A stretch of DNA of 64,000 bases from Camelus dromedarius. Taxonomy: Eukaryota. The DNA lies in contig NC_087437.1 of assembly GCF_036321535.1 (NCBI RefSeq), positions 73,100,001 to 73,164,000 on the forward strand. Reading direction: 5' to 3'. This document shows, one piece after another, positions 37,160 to 49,995 of this stretch (position 1 is its first letter; each line of letters begins with the position of its first letter). A model generated the notes under the pieces. It made no database searches and was not told where the DNA came from. It saw only the letters and a program-made list of their open reading frames with translations. Position numbers and translations under genes: made by a program.

Positions 37160-38240
37160 GCTTTTTATTTTATTTTATTATGGACAGAAAAATTGAACAT
37201 GAGATCTACCCTCCTAACCGATTACTAACTGCACTGCATGGTATAAACCATGGATACAATGTTGTATGGTAGATCTCTGGAACTTATTTGTCTTGCTTAA
37301 TTGAAGTGTTAGGCCTGTAGATTAGTAACTACCCCCTTCTTTCTCCCCTAAGCCCTTGGCAACCACTATTCTAGTCTTTCATTCTATGAATCTGACCATT
37401 TTAGATACCTCAAATATGTGGAATCATGCAGTATTTGTTTCTCTGTGACTGGTTTATTTCACTTAGCATAATGTTCTCAAGATTCTTCCATGTTGTCACA
37501 TATTGCAGAATCTCCTCCTTTGTAAAGGCTGAATAATATGCCCTTATGTGTATAAATCTTTGTTTTTATCCATTCACTGATTTAGGGACATGCAGGTTGT
37601 TTCCACATACTGGCTATTATGAAGAGAGCCTCAATGAACATGGGTCCATTATGATCTCATTGAGATCCTGATTTCAATTCCTGGGGATAAATACCCAGAA
37701 GTGGGATTCCTGGATCATAAGTTTTTAATTTTTTGAGGAACTTTCATACTATTTTCCATAGCAGTTGCACCAGTTTACATTCCCACCAACTGTGCACAAG
37801 AGTTCTCTCCCCATTCTTGCCAACATTCAGTACCTCTAGTCTTGTTAATGATAGCTATTCTAACAAGCGTGAGGTGACATCTCATTGTGGTTTGGATTTG
37901 CATTGTCCTGAATGTTAGTGTCACTGAATTTTTTTTTCATATGCCAATTGGCCATTTGTATGTCTTTTTTGGAAAAACTTCTATTCAAGGCTTTATCCCA
38001 TTTTCAAATCAGGTTATTAGGATTTTTGCTATTAACATGTAAGAATTCCTTATATATTTAGGAGATTAACTCCTTATCAGATACATAGTTTGCAAATATT
38101 TTCTCCCATTCTGTAGACTGCCTTTTCACACTCTTGATTGTTTTCTTTGCTGTGCAAAAGCTTTTTAATTTGGTGTAGTCCCATTATTTATTTTTGCTTT
38201 TGTTACCTTTGCTTTTGGTGTTATATCCATAAAATATCTA
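37160..38240 (-). mobile_element. L1MA-type 3' end plus ORF2 C-terminal remnant
   Basis: 'aacatgagatctaccctc..atacaatgttgtatggtagatctctggaacttatt', 'ataaatacccagaagtgggatt', 'tttgcaaatattttctcccattctgtag'. Confidence 0.9.
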
Positions 38241-38249
38241 TAAAGTACG

Positions 38250-41200
38250 AACTCTTTTTTTTTAAGCCTGGCTTCTTTCACATAATTTTGATATTAACTC
38301 ATGTTGTTGTAGGTAGCTATAGTTTGTTCATTTTTATTACTGGGTAGAATTTCATTATTTAAATAAACCACAATTTGTTTATCCACTCATTTGCTGATCA
38401 ACATTGGGTTGTTTCAACCAATAATAATATTGACTATTACAAATAGAACTTCTATAAACATAAGTGCTCAAGATTTTGTGTGAACACATTTTTTTTTCCC
38501 TTGAGTCAATACTTAGGAGTGGAGTGGCTAAGTTTCTTGCTAAGTGTGTGTTGAACTTTTTCCTAAATTACCAAACTATTTGTCAAAAGCGACTTTACTA
38601 TTTTACACTGCCATAAGCAGTGTATGAGAGGTCTACTTTTTTCACCTTCTTGCCAACTCTTTATGTGGTTAGTTTTGTTAATTTTAGTCATTCTAATGAG
38701 TGTGTAGTGGAATCTTGTAATTTTAATTTGCATTTTCATGATGACAAACGATTATTTTTTCATGTGCTTGATAAGCTTTCGGTATATTTGTGGTGTCCAT
38801 TCAAACACTTTGCTAATTTTGGGGGATGAGGTGGGGACATAGGAGTTGTTTGTCTTCCTTTTATTAAGCTGTAAGTTTTTTTTTTTAAATATATCCTCTG
38901 CCTCATACATATAGTTTAAATCTTATAACTGGTTTCAGTGCTAATGATAATCTTTTTATACCATTATTTCCTCCATTCCTTAATTCTTCACTTCATTTAC
39001 TTCAGTTGGTTAAAATATCTTGGAACAGATGTCTCAGGTACAGTAGATAGGCAGTATATTTTCTGAGTTACTGAATATCTAAAAGATTGTTTTTCTGTTG
39101 CCTTCACACCTAGATGACCACATTTTCTGACTCAAATTCTTGGGTCAAGAGTTTTCCACTGTTTCGTGGTTCAGTGTCAAAGCAGTTTAAGGTTCATCTG
39201 GTTCTTTTCCTTTGTAAATAACATTTTGTTTTGTTTTCATTTTGCTGCCTGGCTTCAGTATCAATGTCACACACTCACTTTGCAAAAGGAGTTTAGTAGA
39301 TTCCCTTTTTACTCTATCTTAGTGAACATTTTAAACAGCATTGAAATTCTCCTTTCCTTAGAGCTTTAGTAGAACTCCCTTGTGAAACCATCTAGGGATT
39401 GGTGCATATTTTTAAGATTAGCTCTTTTTACATCTTTCTCTGTTTCCTCTGTGGTAATTGATCTGTTTAGATTTTTTTCTTTTTTAGGCCAACATTGGGT
39501 ATTTATGATTGCCTAGAAAATGATCCATTTCATCCAAGTCTTAAAATACCATCTCTTAGAGCTGGTAAATCATCCTTGTGGTTATAATTATTTTGTAAAT
39601 TTGTTCTATCCTCATTTTAAAACTTTGTCTATCAATTTATTATTGTTGTTTTGCTATCAAAGAATCATTTCTTAGATTTATTCATCCTATTTCTGACTTT
39701 AACTCATTAATTCCTAAGTTATTATTATTATTCCCTGCAATTCTTTTTTTCTTATTTATTGATTTGATTATTCATTTCTACACTGTCTGGGCGTAAAGCT
39801 CCATATTCTGTTGTGTAATCATTATCCACATAACTGCATTAGTTTTAGGTTTATAGTTAAATGAATCCAATGCTCACAGCCAGACCATTTTCTGTAAGGT
39901 CTGTGCTTATATCTTAGTTGGCTTAAGTTCTCTTTGTGTCTTCAAGATAGGCTCCAGGGATCTTAGACTTGGCATGTTTCAAACTATTTGTTTGTTACCT
40001 TTATATCTTAAAGATAGATTAGCTAGGTATAAAATCCTTGTATCACAGTTTCTTCCCTCGAGAACTTTTATAACAATTAGATTTAAAAGTTGCTATGGAA
40101 AAGTCTGAAATAAATCTAATTTTTTTTCTCCTAACATATGACTAGCTTCCAATGGTCAAAGTCTTACTTTCTCATCTTTGAAGCTGATAATTTTACCAGA
40201 ATATATTTCTTAGTGTTGATGACTGTGTAAGTATTTTTCCTATGGATGATGTGCCTTATAGTCTATAGACTAAAGGTGAGGTTTAGGGATATTATAAATA
40301 TCTTTAAATACTTTCTGTCTTATTATTTCAGACCTCTTTTTTGTAAGGTTGGGGTGGCAAAGAGGAAGATACAAATTACACTTATGTTGGATTTCTTTTT
40401 TTTTTCTGTTTTCCATATGGATAATCTTCATCCTGGTACTTACTTTTCATTTACTTGTTTTTACTCCATTTTGCTCCTTTCCCTCAAGCCTATCACTTGT
40501 CTCTTTTAATATGTTTTCAGCAATTCCCAGTATTCTGCTTCTAATATGTCATTTAATTCTGTTAGGGTTTTAAATATTTTTTTGTTTACCTCTTGCCTGG
40601 TGAAAGTTTAAATTTTATTTCCTTCTGTTGCCTTGTCATGTCTTCTCACTTATTTTAGAGAAATTCTTTAAAGGCAATTTAGAGACTTAAATTAAGGCCC
40701 TGGTTTTTAATTGTTATTTTAATGGGAGAACATTTGCTAAAATTTTTATTTGCTCCATTAAAAATTTTTGGAATAGGTGAATTTTATCTGTAAGTTCTTC
40801 CATATTCCTTTCCTCTGTTTATTTGTAATAGCTTTGTCATGATGCTGTGTTAGGTTTTTTTTTTTTATTTTATTCATATAATTCATCTTAGGAATTCCTG
40901 GGCTTACTATTCACTTTGAAGGTTAAGGATGAAGACTGTGTTTCAAGCTTGCAGAAATTCTCCTTATGATACAGAAGTGTGTGTGTGTGTGACTTACTTT
41001 GGTCTTTACTTTCCCCAACCCACTGGGACCAACCTATCAGAGTGGCTCACCACATGCAAAGGTTCTCATCCCCTGCCTTACTAACAGGTATCTTCCAACA
41101 AATATGGCTTCTCTGTGTGATTTCTTAACCTTAACCTTGATTTCCCTGTTGCTTGAGATACTGTGGCAAAATAAGACAGAAGTGGTTACTACCAGACAAT

Positions 41201-41510
41201 ATGTCCATTCTCATTATTCCAAACCAGAGCTCACCAGTTAGAGGTGCCAAGTAAGATCTATGCTCTGATGGCTTTGTCTGAGATTTCCAGATATGAGCAC
41301 ATATTCTAAATTTCTTCCATAATGCTATTAGATCGTTATTATATTCAGTGATTCTTTCTCAGATATTTTTGTAAGTTATAACTGTCTCCTGTTTAGTAAG
41401 TTACAGCTGTTGAAAATTAAGATAGTGCTCTTGCTGCTCATTTTCTTTGACTTTTGTGTGATATCTAAGAGTGGAAAGGAGAAACTTATCTTCTCCTGCC
41501 ATTTTAAAAT
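38250..41510 (-). mobile_element. Mosaic of older antisense L1M/HAL1 fragments
   Basis: T-rich; 'caatacttaggagtggagtggct', 'gtgaaaccatctagg', 'tagctaggtataaaatccttgtatcacag..gttgctatggaaaagtctga'. Confidence 0.65.
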
Positions 41511-43329
41511 GAAAATACTCTCTTTTCACAATCTTTTCAGGATTCAAAGTAGAGACTTCTAAGCTTTCCATTACATTTATTACAGAAAATCATATTAAGA
41601 TTTTTTTTCCGAGTGAATCTTTCAACAACACTCTTCATTGCTGCATTTTTTAATGGACCTAAAGCTGGTCTTTTTTAATGCTCTGTTGACAGAGCAAGAC
41701 ATACATTAAATTTTAGAATTTGCCATCAGTAAGGATTGATGGTGTGTTCTAGGTCTCTACCACCATGCCTTGAGGGTCTGTAAAATTGTTTTTCTTGAAT
41801 ATAAACTCAAGCTTTATCCTTACTCAATTTATCACTTTAGAAGACAGGAATTTTGTGTAAGTTTTCTGGATCTTTTCTTGTTCTGTCATATTCTTTCAGT
41901 AAACAAGAGGGTATAATCCAATGTTTAATATTATGGATAGTGGAATTACATGAAAGACTGTAGCTGTCAGCCTGCACTTCTAATATTCTTATCTCTGTCC
42001 TGGTTTAGGGGATAAAACATCCTATGTTTATCAAGTCTTTTCTTATCCCTATGCACTTCCTTCTGTGCTGCATTCTGGGAATTACCATTTTGAAATGATG
42101 GTGATAAAAAGGATATAATAGGAATAAATGGGAAGAGGGTAAGATCTTGGCTCAAACTGGCTGCAAAATTAATTCCTTTGGAGTTGGAGAATGGCCACCT
42201 ATTTAGTCAGTTCATCTTCACTGTTTCAGAATGAAACACTTAAACAGAAGGTGAATCAAATTCTTTTCTAACCTTACCAGGTCCATCTGGTCTGTTCTGG
42301 TTCAAAGATTAGAGCATGTGTTGTGCAGTTCAAGAATGTACTTCTTGAATTTATCCCCATGGCTGATGCAATTAGTCAACATTCCACCCGGATTTGGCAT
42401 ATGGTCTTCTCTTATCTTGAGTCTACAGTGATGTTGCTGGCTTTTTTTTAACTTTTTTTTTTTTTTTAATATTTTCATGATTATTTTCATGAGAAGTTGG
42501 GAGAGCTGTCGTAAACAGTTCAAACCTGCCACTATATTAACTTCCATATTCACACAATGAAGCCACATCTTAAATGCCTTGAGAGCAGTGACTCATATTT
42601 CATTTCCAGAGTTCTTTACTGAATAAGTGCCCAATAAACATGTTTTGATTTAGAACTGAATAAAATCAAAGTGAGGTTGTCCTTGGTTTTCACCTTAATA
42701 TGCTAATTATGAACTTTATATTATCTTAGTTCTGGATTCTATGAGTATATGAAAGTGGTAAAACTCACATATAAAAAAGTACATCTATACTTTAGATTTT
42801 TGTTAACTTGTACAAATCTTACTCTAGTTGAGATCTTTCTTTTTTAAAAAAAACCTGACTTATAAATAAATGGGAATTTCAAAAGGCTTGGAAATTGGGC
42901 TCTTATTAACTGCAAATAAGTTTCCTTTAGTTTATTCTACCAAATTGTTCACAACGTATATGGTGAAACATTCAGTTTATTCATATCATTAGTCAGTTAA
43001 TTACAAAATTTCCACTATTGTCAAGAGACATACAGGGATTAATGGAACTCCCAAATTATATGGTTTACTTCAGGGATTATTTATCTTTGCTTCTCAGAGG
43101 CATGGTGACAATATCCGAAGGTCTATTTTATACCATCAGACAGATTCCGTAATATCATCAAAGATGCCACACCTATTGACCTGGATTGTAAGTTCTCCTT
43201 CACTTATACCATAAATACATAAGGCAAGGAAAAATTTCATTTTTGTCTTTTTTTTTTCCCTTTTGCAATGACTCCTAGGCACAGAGAAGTGCTATAAGGC
43301 CCAATCGAGAAGTATGCATTAATGAATAG

Positions 43330-43500
43330 AGTGTGGAATTTAGAGTCAGAGAATATGAATTTGAGCTTCTTGCTCTGCTGTTTATGATCTGTCTAACTTT
43401 GGGCATGCCATTTACTCTCTCTCTTTCACTCAGAAGGGCATGTATATGAAGATATATATTTGAGTAAGACTGATAAACTGTACATATGCTACAAAGCAAT
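43330..43500 (+). mobile_element. MIR fragment
   Basis: 'ggaatttagagtcagagaatatgaatttgagcttcttgctctgc..actttgggcatgccatttactctctct'. Confidence 0.6.
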
Positions 43501-45875
43501 AAACTGCATGGACTGTGTGTGGTTGCTCTTCAGATGAATGGCATCCAATTATGATTAAAACCAGGTCAACTGGGCAGTTGTCTCGAGCGTTAAAATGGCT
43601 ACATAGAATGTAAGAAGAAGGAGAAAAGTTTATTTACCAGAGCTCCCAGATGGGAAGAGATGGGGAGTGAGTCTGCATGTGCTTGGAATGAGTATGTTGA
43701 TAAGCCACTTAGCGTGAAGGTGTAAACCCTCAAGGGATATAGATCAACAGATGGTACCTAAACTGCTTCCTAAGGAGGATCAAGCAAGCTAATTCCAGCC
43801 TTCTGCTTTGCCAAGTGGAGTACAGAACTGGGCTGCCATTAGAGCCCTCTTCCCCTTTCCTTCCTTCACATACCTGAGCCATCCCTATAAATAAACATTA
43901 AACCATGATTTAAAAAAATTCCCATTTTAAGGGTTATCCCATTAACAGCCTGTCTGGGACATGCACAGGATGTGGTCGGGTCTTCCTCATGACGATATTC
44001 AAATTGCACAGTAACATGCGAGCAGAAGTAAATGTAAGCCAAGTTGATTTCAGTGTTAAGTTCTCTAAATCCTCCATCTCCTGGCATTACTTGTTCTGAC
44101 TTACATCTCTTTGTTTCAGCTTCTAGCACACTGATTAAACTCTGTTTTGGTTTCTTATGAAGTTACAGCTCTTGAAACACCAATGGTGGTTTCCTGCTTT
44201 ATTCATTATTAATGAGGTATTTCGCAATCCCTCTGTGCTAGGGCCAAGAATCTATGCCTGTAGGCCTGGATGGCTACTAGGAATTACTCGTGCGTCTCAG
44301 GGATTGGTTGGCTGGGATGCCGATTATTTGCCTTATGGAACATCCTTGGTAATTCTATGTAGAAGTATAGACCACAGTGAATGCCACAATTTGGGTCCAA
44401 GCATTGTTCTTTTATTATTACAATCCAAGGGATAATTTATAAAGGCTGACAATATTGTTTTAGTTTCCCTGAAAGTTGTTTTGATTCTCTGGGTCTCAGA
44501 GCAAGCCCTTTTTAGAACAGAAACTGTTTGTTTATATAGTGAGCCTTTGAGGATGATTTATTATATATTCATGTGAGAAAACTGCAACTCAGGCAATTCA
44601 GGACTTTTAACTTTTTTTAAGCCTCCGATAGCAATGGGATATGTTTCTAGACAAAAGCAATGTCACCTGCTGAACAATCCACTTGTTATTTATCTTTCTG
44701 CTTTTGGGAGACAATACTAGGTCAGCCAAGGACATCTCCAAAAGGGTACTGTTATTAACCAAAATTAAATGGTGTACAACGCAGAATATGTTTTCTTCAA
44801 TTATATTCTAAAATGACTAGGAAAATGGTTCAACAGCCCTGGAGCTGATATCTGATTTAAGGTTTTTTTTCTGTGTATAATTTAATTTAATCTTTGTCTT
44901 GGATGAAATTTATAAATTATCAAGAAGATACAAAACATAGATGTTGGAATTAATTTGCTTGATAAAAGATGGTCCTTTGGCTTTGCTTATGGTTTCAGAA
45001 GCCCCTCTCATGACTTTGACATTTTATTGTCCACATCTTTAAGTCTGCTGGGAGTATATATGTGGTACACAGAAGGGTGAAGCCATAAAATGCAATGTGA
45101 ACAACATAAATGTGATTCTATTACTCTCTTGCTTAAAACCACTGTAAGGCTCACGGTTTCAAGTCATCAAGGAAAAATCTAAATTCCTTTAAGGCAAAAT
45201 CTAATATGGAATACAGACACTCCATGACAAGATTCTTGATCAGTTTCTTAATATCATCACTAATTTACCCCCCTCCCAACTTCTGCTCCAAGATACATGT
45301 ATATGCTGACATGCGAGCACACACACACGCCTAACTGTAGTTATAGTTTTACTACGTATTTCTATCTGGATCTTTATGTTACTTGCACCAAGCCAAAGCA
45401 ACCCAGCCCAGGGCACTGTCTCTAAACTTGCAAAATTAACAAGTAGGAGGCAGCTCCAGTCTTGACAGCCTTAGAGAACAGTTACCTTACATTTAAATAG
45501 CATTTGTTATTGAGTGATATGTGATGGGGGAGCAAAATATGGTCATGTATAAGCTATTGATGATTAGAGGTATCTTGAATTTGGGTTGTAATTCAGGCAT
45601 TTATGAAGTATATGATCTTGGCCAATGTAACTTCTCTTAGCTTCAGTTTCACTGCCTAAAAAAATGGACCCAGCTAGAATATTGGGCAATTAGGGAAGTA
45701 CTAGGATTTACTTCCCACTGATTGAATAGATTGAGGAGAGAATTACCTGGGTGGGGGAGGGGATGGGAGGGGAGGGGCTGGTGGTGAAAAGTATGAAACT
45801 GGATGAGCGACTTCAGTGTTTGGGAGGACTTGGAGTCTGGCTGTGCACTCATGAGCATTTTTAAAAGTTCAAAGA

Positions 45876-46163
45876 CTGGAGGAGACTCTAATTTGAAAAG
45901 ATACATACACCTCAATGTTCATAGCAGCACTATATACAACAGTCAAGACATGGAAGCAACCTAAATGTCCATCGACAGATGACTGGATAAAGAAGATGAG
46001 GTATATTTATACAATGGAATACTACTCAGCCACAAAACATAAAATAATGCCATTTTCAGCAAACTGGATGGACCTGAAGATCATCATGCTAAATGAAGTA
46101 AGCCAGAAAAAAAAAAGAAGGAAAAATACCATGTGATACCACTTATATATGGAATTAAAAAAA
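45876..46163 (+). mobile_element. Short young L1 fragment (ORF2 end and proximal 3'UTR) with 13-bp TSD
   Basis: ORF 45915..46136 MFIAALYTTVKTWKQPKCPSTDDWIKKM. TSD AAAAGTTCAAAGA 45863-45875 and AAAAGTTCCAAGA 46164-46176, at a TT/AAAA endonuclease site. Confidence 0.92.
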
Positions 46164-47659
46164 AAAAGTTCCAAGAACAGAGGCATATCAGAAATTCAGA
46201 GTCAGAGCTAAGGGTTGGAGACCAACTCAGGCCTTATCAGGGGTTGTGAAGTGGGGGAGAAGAGGGTCAGGATCATATGGAAGTAGGTAATGGCTGGGGA
46301 CAAAATGGAAGGGGCTATGACTTGCCACCGATCAGCTCAGACAATAAAAATGCATTAACTCACAGGATGATTGTGAGCATAGGCTATTAAAAGTCATGTA
46401 ATTTGAAGCATTTAGAAAACTGTAAACCCTAACAGATACTACTATTTTTATCATGCTGTATCATAAAGATGAAACAACTGCAAAAAAAAAAAAAAAACTT
46501 GTCAGATTAACCCCATCAGGGAATTAACCCCATTAACTCGACAGCTGTCCTCCCTGTTACCCAGGGGAACGTGCACTTGGCATCCATGGAAAACTTGCCT
46601 TTGCTTCTCCTCATGTGTCTGATACTCTATCAGACTCAGGGCATTCACCTTCTGCTTTGATCTCTGGGTGCTTTTAGTGCATCCGCCAAATCCCAACCAT
46701 TAAGGCTAATGCAATAGCAGGACTTCAGGCATTTTCATCAAGAAATCTCTCAACTCCTGCTACCTAAAGTTAAAAATGTATTTCTGAAGGGCAAAGTTAT
46801 TTTTTCCCACTCTCCTATTTGTTGAGTACTTTGTCCTGGTGGGCTGATGTGCTTACATTCCATTACCATAAATTCAATTGTTAGAGAATTTGTTCTCAAT
46901 TTTTTTGCCCTCTGGATACAAAACTACATTTAGAATAGGTTGTCTTTAGCAAGTGGCTTGCTTTCCTTTTGTTGATGAGTTCTCTGAACCTTTTGCTGCC
47001 TGTTTGATTCTATTACTCCTTTTTAATAGCTTTTCATTTTTTCAACATTACTGGTCACTTTACGGACCAGTGGATATTTTTCTACCGACAGGTAGACATT
47101 TAACTGTCAACCTTAGAGGAACTGGCTTGCTGGCACTCATGTGTTAATTCAAAAGATCAGTTTGTCACTGTCTTTCTTATTCAATGATCTCTGTCCTCAT
47201 TGGTCCTTGTTTCTCTCCCCTCATTCTCCAAAGCTGCACATATTCCTGAACTACCCCTTTCTGATAATATTAATCTAACATTCAAGCTGCTCCACTAATG
47301 TACCTCAGTTCAGAAACACAAAGTGAAATGTTCATATCAACCTCATTTTTAAGAGTGGGCACTGCAGTCACTGAAGGGTGTTGAGGCAGCCAACCAAAGG
47401 CATCTCCTCTGTATAGAATGTTAAGTTCACAGGTTAGTGTGGCCCCAACCTAGTCTGATGAAGACAGCTTCGGATTAGAAGTGAGGAAATCTGAGTAATT
47501 TCTGTTCTGCACCAACAAGTCTTTGTTCATAGGTCATTTAGTCCTCTTGTATTTTTTGGATCATTTACCCTGTAAAATTTAAACTTTGATTAATTGATCT
47601 CCAAGGTTCCTGACAACTTTAGAACTCCATGTTTTCACAATTTCTTTTCTTCCTCAATA

Positions 47660-47960
47660 AATACAGTATCCCAGCAGTGGGGAAGGAAGGCAGTGATCAG
47701 AGAAGTCTTAACAGAGTGGATATTTGAACTGAGCCTTGAAAGATGAGCACAACACTTCTGGATGGATGACAGAAGAAAAGTGTTCTAAATAGAGAAAACA
47801 GCAGGTGCAAAGCCACAGAGAAGCAAATTAGCATGGAGGATTTGAACTTTGGTGAAAGAGCTAGTTTGGGACTCAAAGGGAACTGAAACCCAGGATGACA
47901 GTGGTAGGCTAGTGAACACATCACCAACTCTGAATGAGCATGGAGCATCTTAGTTTAAAA
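47660..47960 (-). mobile_element. L2 fragment
   Basis: 'gatatttgaactgagccttgaaagatgagca...gtgttctaaatagagaaaacagcaggtgcaaagccacagag'. Confidence 0.75.
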
Positions 47961-48784
47961 AGTCAACATTAAATCACACCCATATGAAGGATAACAAGGG
48001 GCTAGGGAGTAAGCGGGCTTTCCCAGTTTCCAGGGAGAAGAAGCTTCACAACAGATGCTCTAGTTCCAAGGCCAGAAGTTATTACTTCCGGGATGGACCT
48101 GCAACCTTTCACCTGGTCTAGAGGCCAGACCAGGAAGGGCTTCTGGAGCTTGAGTGGGACACAGAATTGAAGAGACTGGTCCTCAGTCTGACCCTCCATG
48201 GAGCAGCCAGAATGAAGAGCCGAACCCAGTCCCGCTGCTGGACAAAGAGATGAAGCTCTGGAAAGACAGACTCCAGGATGGAAGGCTGGAGGTGCAGTCT
48301 GAGGATGAGAGCAAAGATCATACCTTCTGCACAGAAACTGTGTGGTAATTAAATAAAATAAGGAAGTTAAAGTGTTTATTCTGACCCATAACAGATGTTC
48401 AATACATGGAGAAGTTGGTAAGGTTTTTGTTGTTGTTTTTTGTGTAAGGCACTGAAATTTAAACACTGAAGGTCTTACTTGAGGTTTGGTTGACTTTTAA
48501 TATAAAAGGATGAGACTGAAAAAAAAAAAAAAAAACAGGCGAATGTTCCCTAAGCCCCAGGGGTTTTCCTATTTTTCCCCCATCCCAAGGTCCATGAGAT
48601 CTTCCAGGCAGCCCTCCAGAGTGCTTTTGCACTCATTCTTGTGAGACCCAGGTCATATTCCACCCTCTATTCAGTGTTTGGGGTTACAGCACATTGAGTT
48701 TTACATGGTGCCACCCATCTTTCTACTAGAAGTTCCCCCACCTCCCTCGAAGGGGCGTCAAGGGGTAGTTTTGTGAACTGTGGT

Positions 48785-48960
48785 CAGATAGCACTAAGAT
48801 GAGAGTCAGGACACCTGGGCTTTCTTTGTAGCCCTGTCATTAACAATCTGGGTGTCCTAAGCAAGTAACTCAATCTGTCTTGGCCTGAGTTCCTATCTGA
48901 GAAAAGAGATGACTGAAATGGGTGACATGCAAGGACTTCTTCAGTTCCAGCAGGATGAAA
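48785..48960 (+). mobile_element. MIR fragment
   Basis: 'gagtcaggacacctgggct..gtgtcctaagcaagtaactcaatctgtcttggcctgagttcc'. Confidence 0.65.
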
Positions 48961-49427
48961 CCACGGCAGCACCTAGGGAAGGTCCTCTCATTATTGAAGT
49001 TGCCAAAAGGGCTCAACACATTATCTTGAGCTCAAACACCCCCCGCCCCAACAAATAATGTATTTTTTAAAAAACATATTCTATAACTTGGAAGGTTCTC
49101 TGTAGAGTGAAAAAGTCTCCTTATTTTCATTCTAAAAAACATTTGTGTAATGTATAAAGTAATAGCTGCATCCATTAGCTTACACATTCCTGATAAGGGA
49201 AAGTTAACATAGGTAACCACAGCTTTGCATAACAATTGCATTCTACTGTTACCCACAGATAAATTTTGGCCAAGCGTTCCTTGTGCTGATGTGGTTTCAA
49301 GGAGAACTTTCCAATGGTGACTTCCCCCTGTAGGGTCTTAATTTTCATTGTTCTATGAAGTTAATGTTATCATGCTACAGAGCAATAATCAGCAAAGTTA
49401 CAATAAATTTTTAAAAATTAGATCTTT

Positions 49428-49575
49428 GGTGGGGCAGGGTATAGCTCAAGTGTATGCTTAGCATGCATAAGGTCTTGGGGTCAATCTCCAGTACTTCCTC
49501 TAAGAATAAATAAATAAGTAAACCTAATTACCTACCCCCACCAAAAACAAACAAACAAAATCCCAGGAGACTTAA
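49428..49575 (+). mobile_element. Camelid tRNA-derived SINE (Vic-1 type)
   Basis: 'ggggcagggtatagctcaagtg..tgcttagcatgcataaggtcttggggtcaatctccagtacttcctctaagaataaataaataagtaaacctaattacc' with A-box and B-box remnants. TSD AAAAATTAGATCTTT 49413-49427 and AACAATTAGGTCTTT 49576-49590. Confidence 0.85.
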
Positions 49576-49869
49576 AACAATTAGGTCTTTTTGACACTTT
49601 TAATACAGGTTTGATGATCAAAAGACTGTAGAAATAGTCATGAATGTTTCATATACAAAGACAGATATAAATGTGAAGTGAATCAGAAGGTTTTGTTATT
49701 TTGAATTTTGTTTTTTTTTTTGGTCAGTTTTAAAAACATACTCTCCCAAATCATATATCCTTAAGTTGAAGACTTTTCAACTAAAATAAGATGATGCACA
49801 AACAAGAATACATGTAATTTGTTTTATCCTATCTCTCAAGGGAAAGGGCACAAATCTCAGCATGAGTGA

Positions 49870-49995
49870 TTCAAGCTGAACGCCAGGAGAAATATTGTGA
49901 TACTTAACAGTGGTCAACTCTGGAAGGGGGTCACAGGGGAAAGAGCTCTATAATTTTTTGTGGAAGCTTTAAAAGTAGGAAAGACCATCTCCCTG
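49870..49995 (+). mobile_element. L3/CR1 3' fragment (ancient)
   Basis: 'aacagtggtcaactctggaagggggtcacaggg...tggaagctttaaaagtaggaaagaccatct' resembles the L3 3' end. Confidence 0.4.

Noticed and set aside
42260..42450. Acceptor-like site followed by a Cys-rich frame (..MCCAVQECTS*IYPHG*CN..) suggesting a pseudo-exon
   Set aside because: Multiple stops and no convincing family match; the resemblance is not supportable by eye.
48002..48466. 154-aa minus-strand ORF and overlapping short ORFs
   Set aside because: No recognisable homology or exon structure. The region may be an old LTR, but I could not assign it.
49428..49500. tRNA gene
   Set aside because: The tRNA-like head has a D-arm deletion and continues into a SINE body, A-rich tail and TSD, so it is a SINE.
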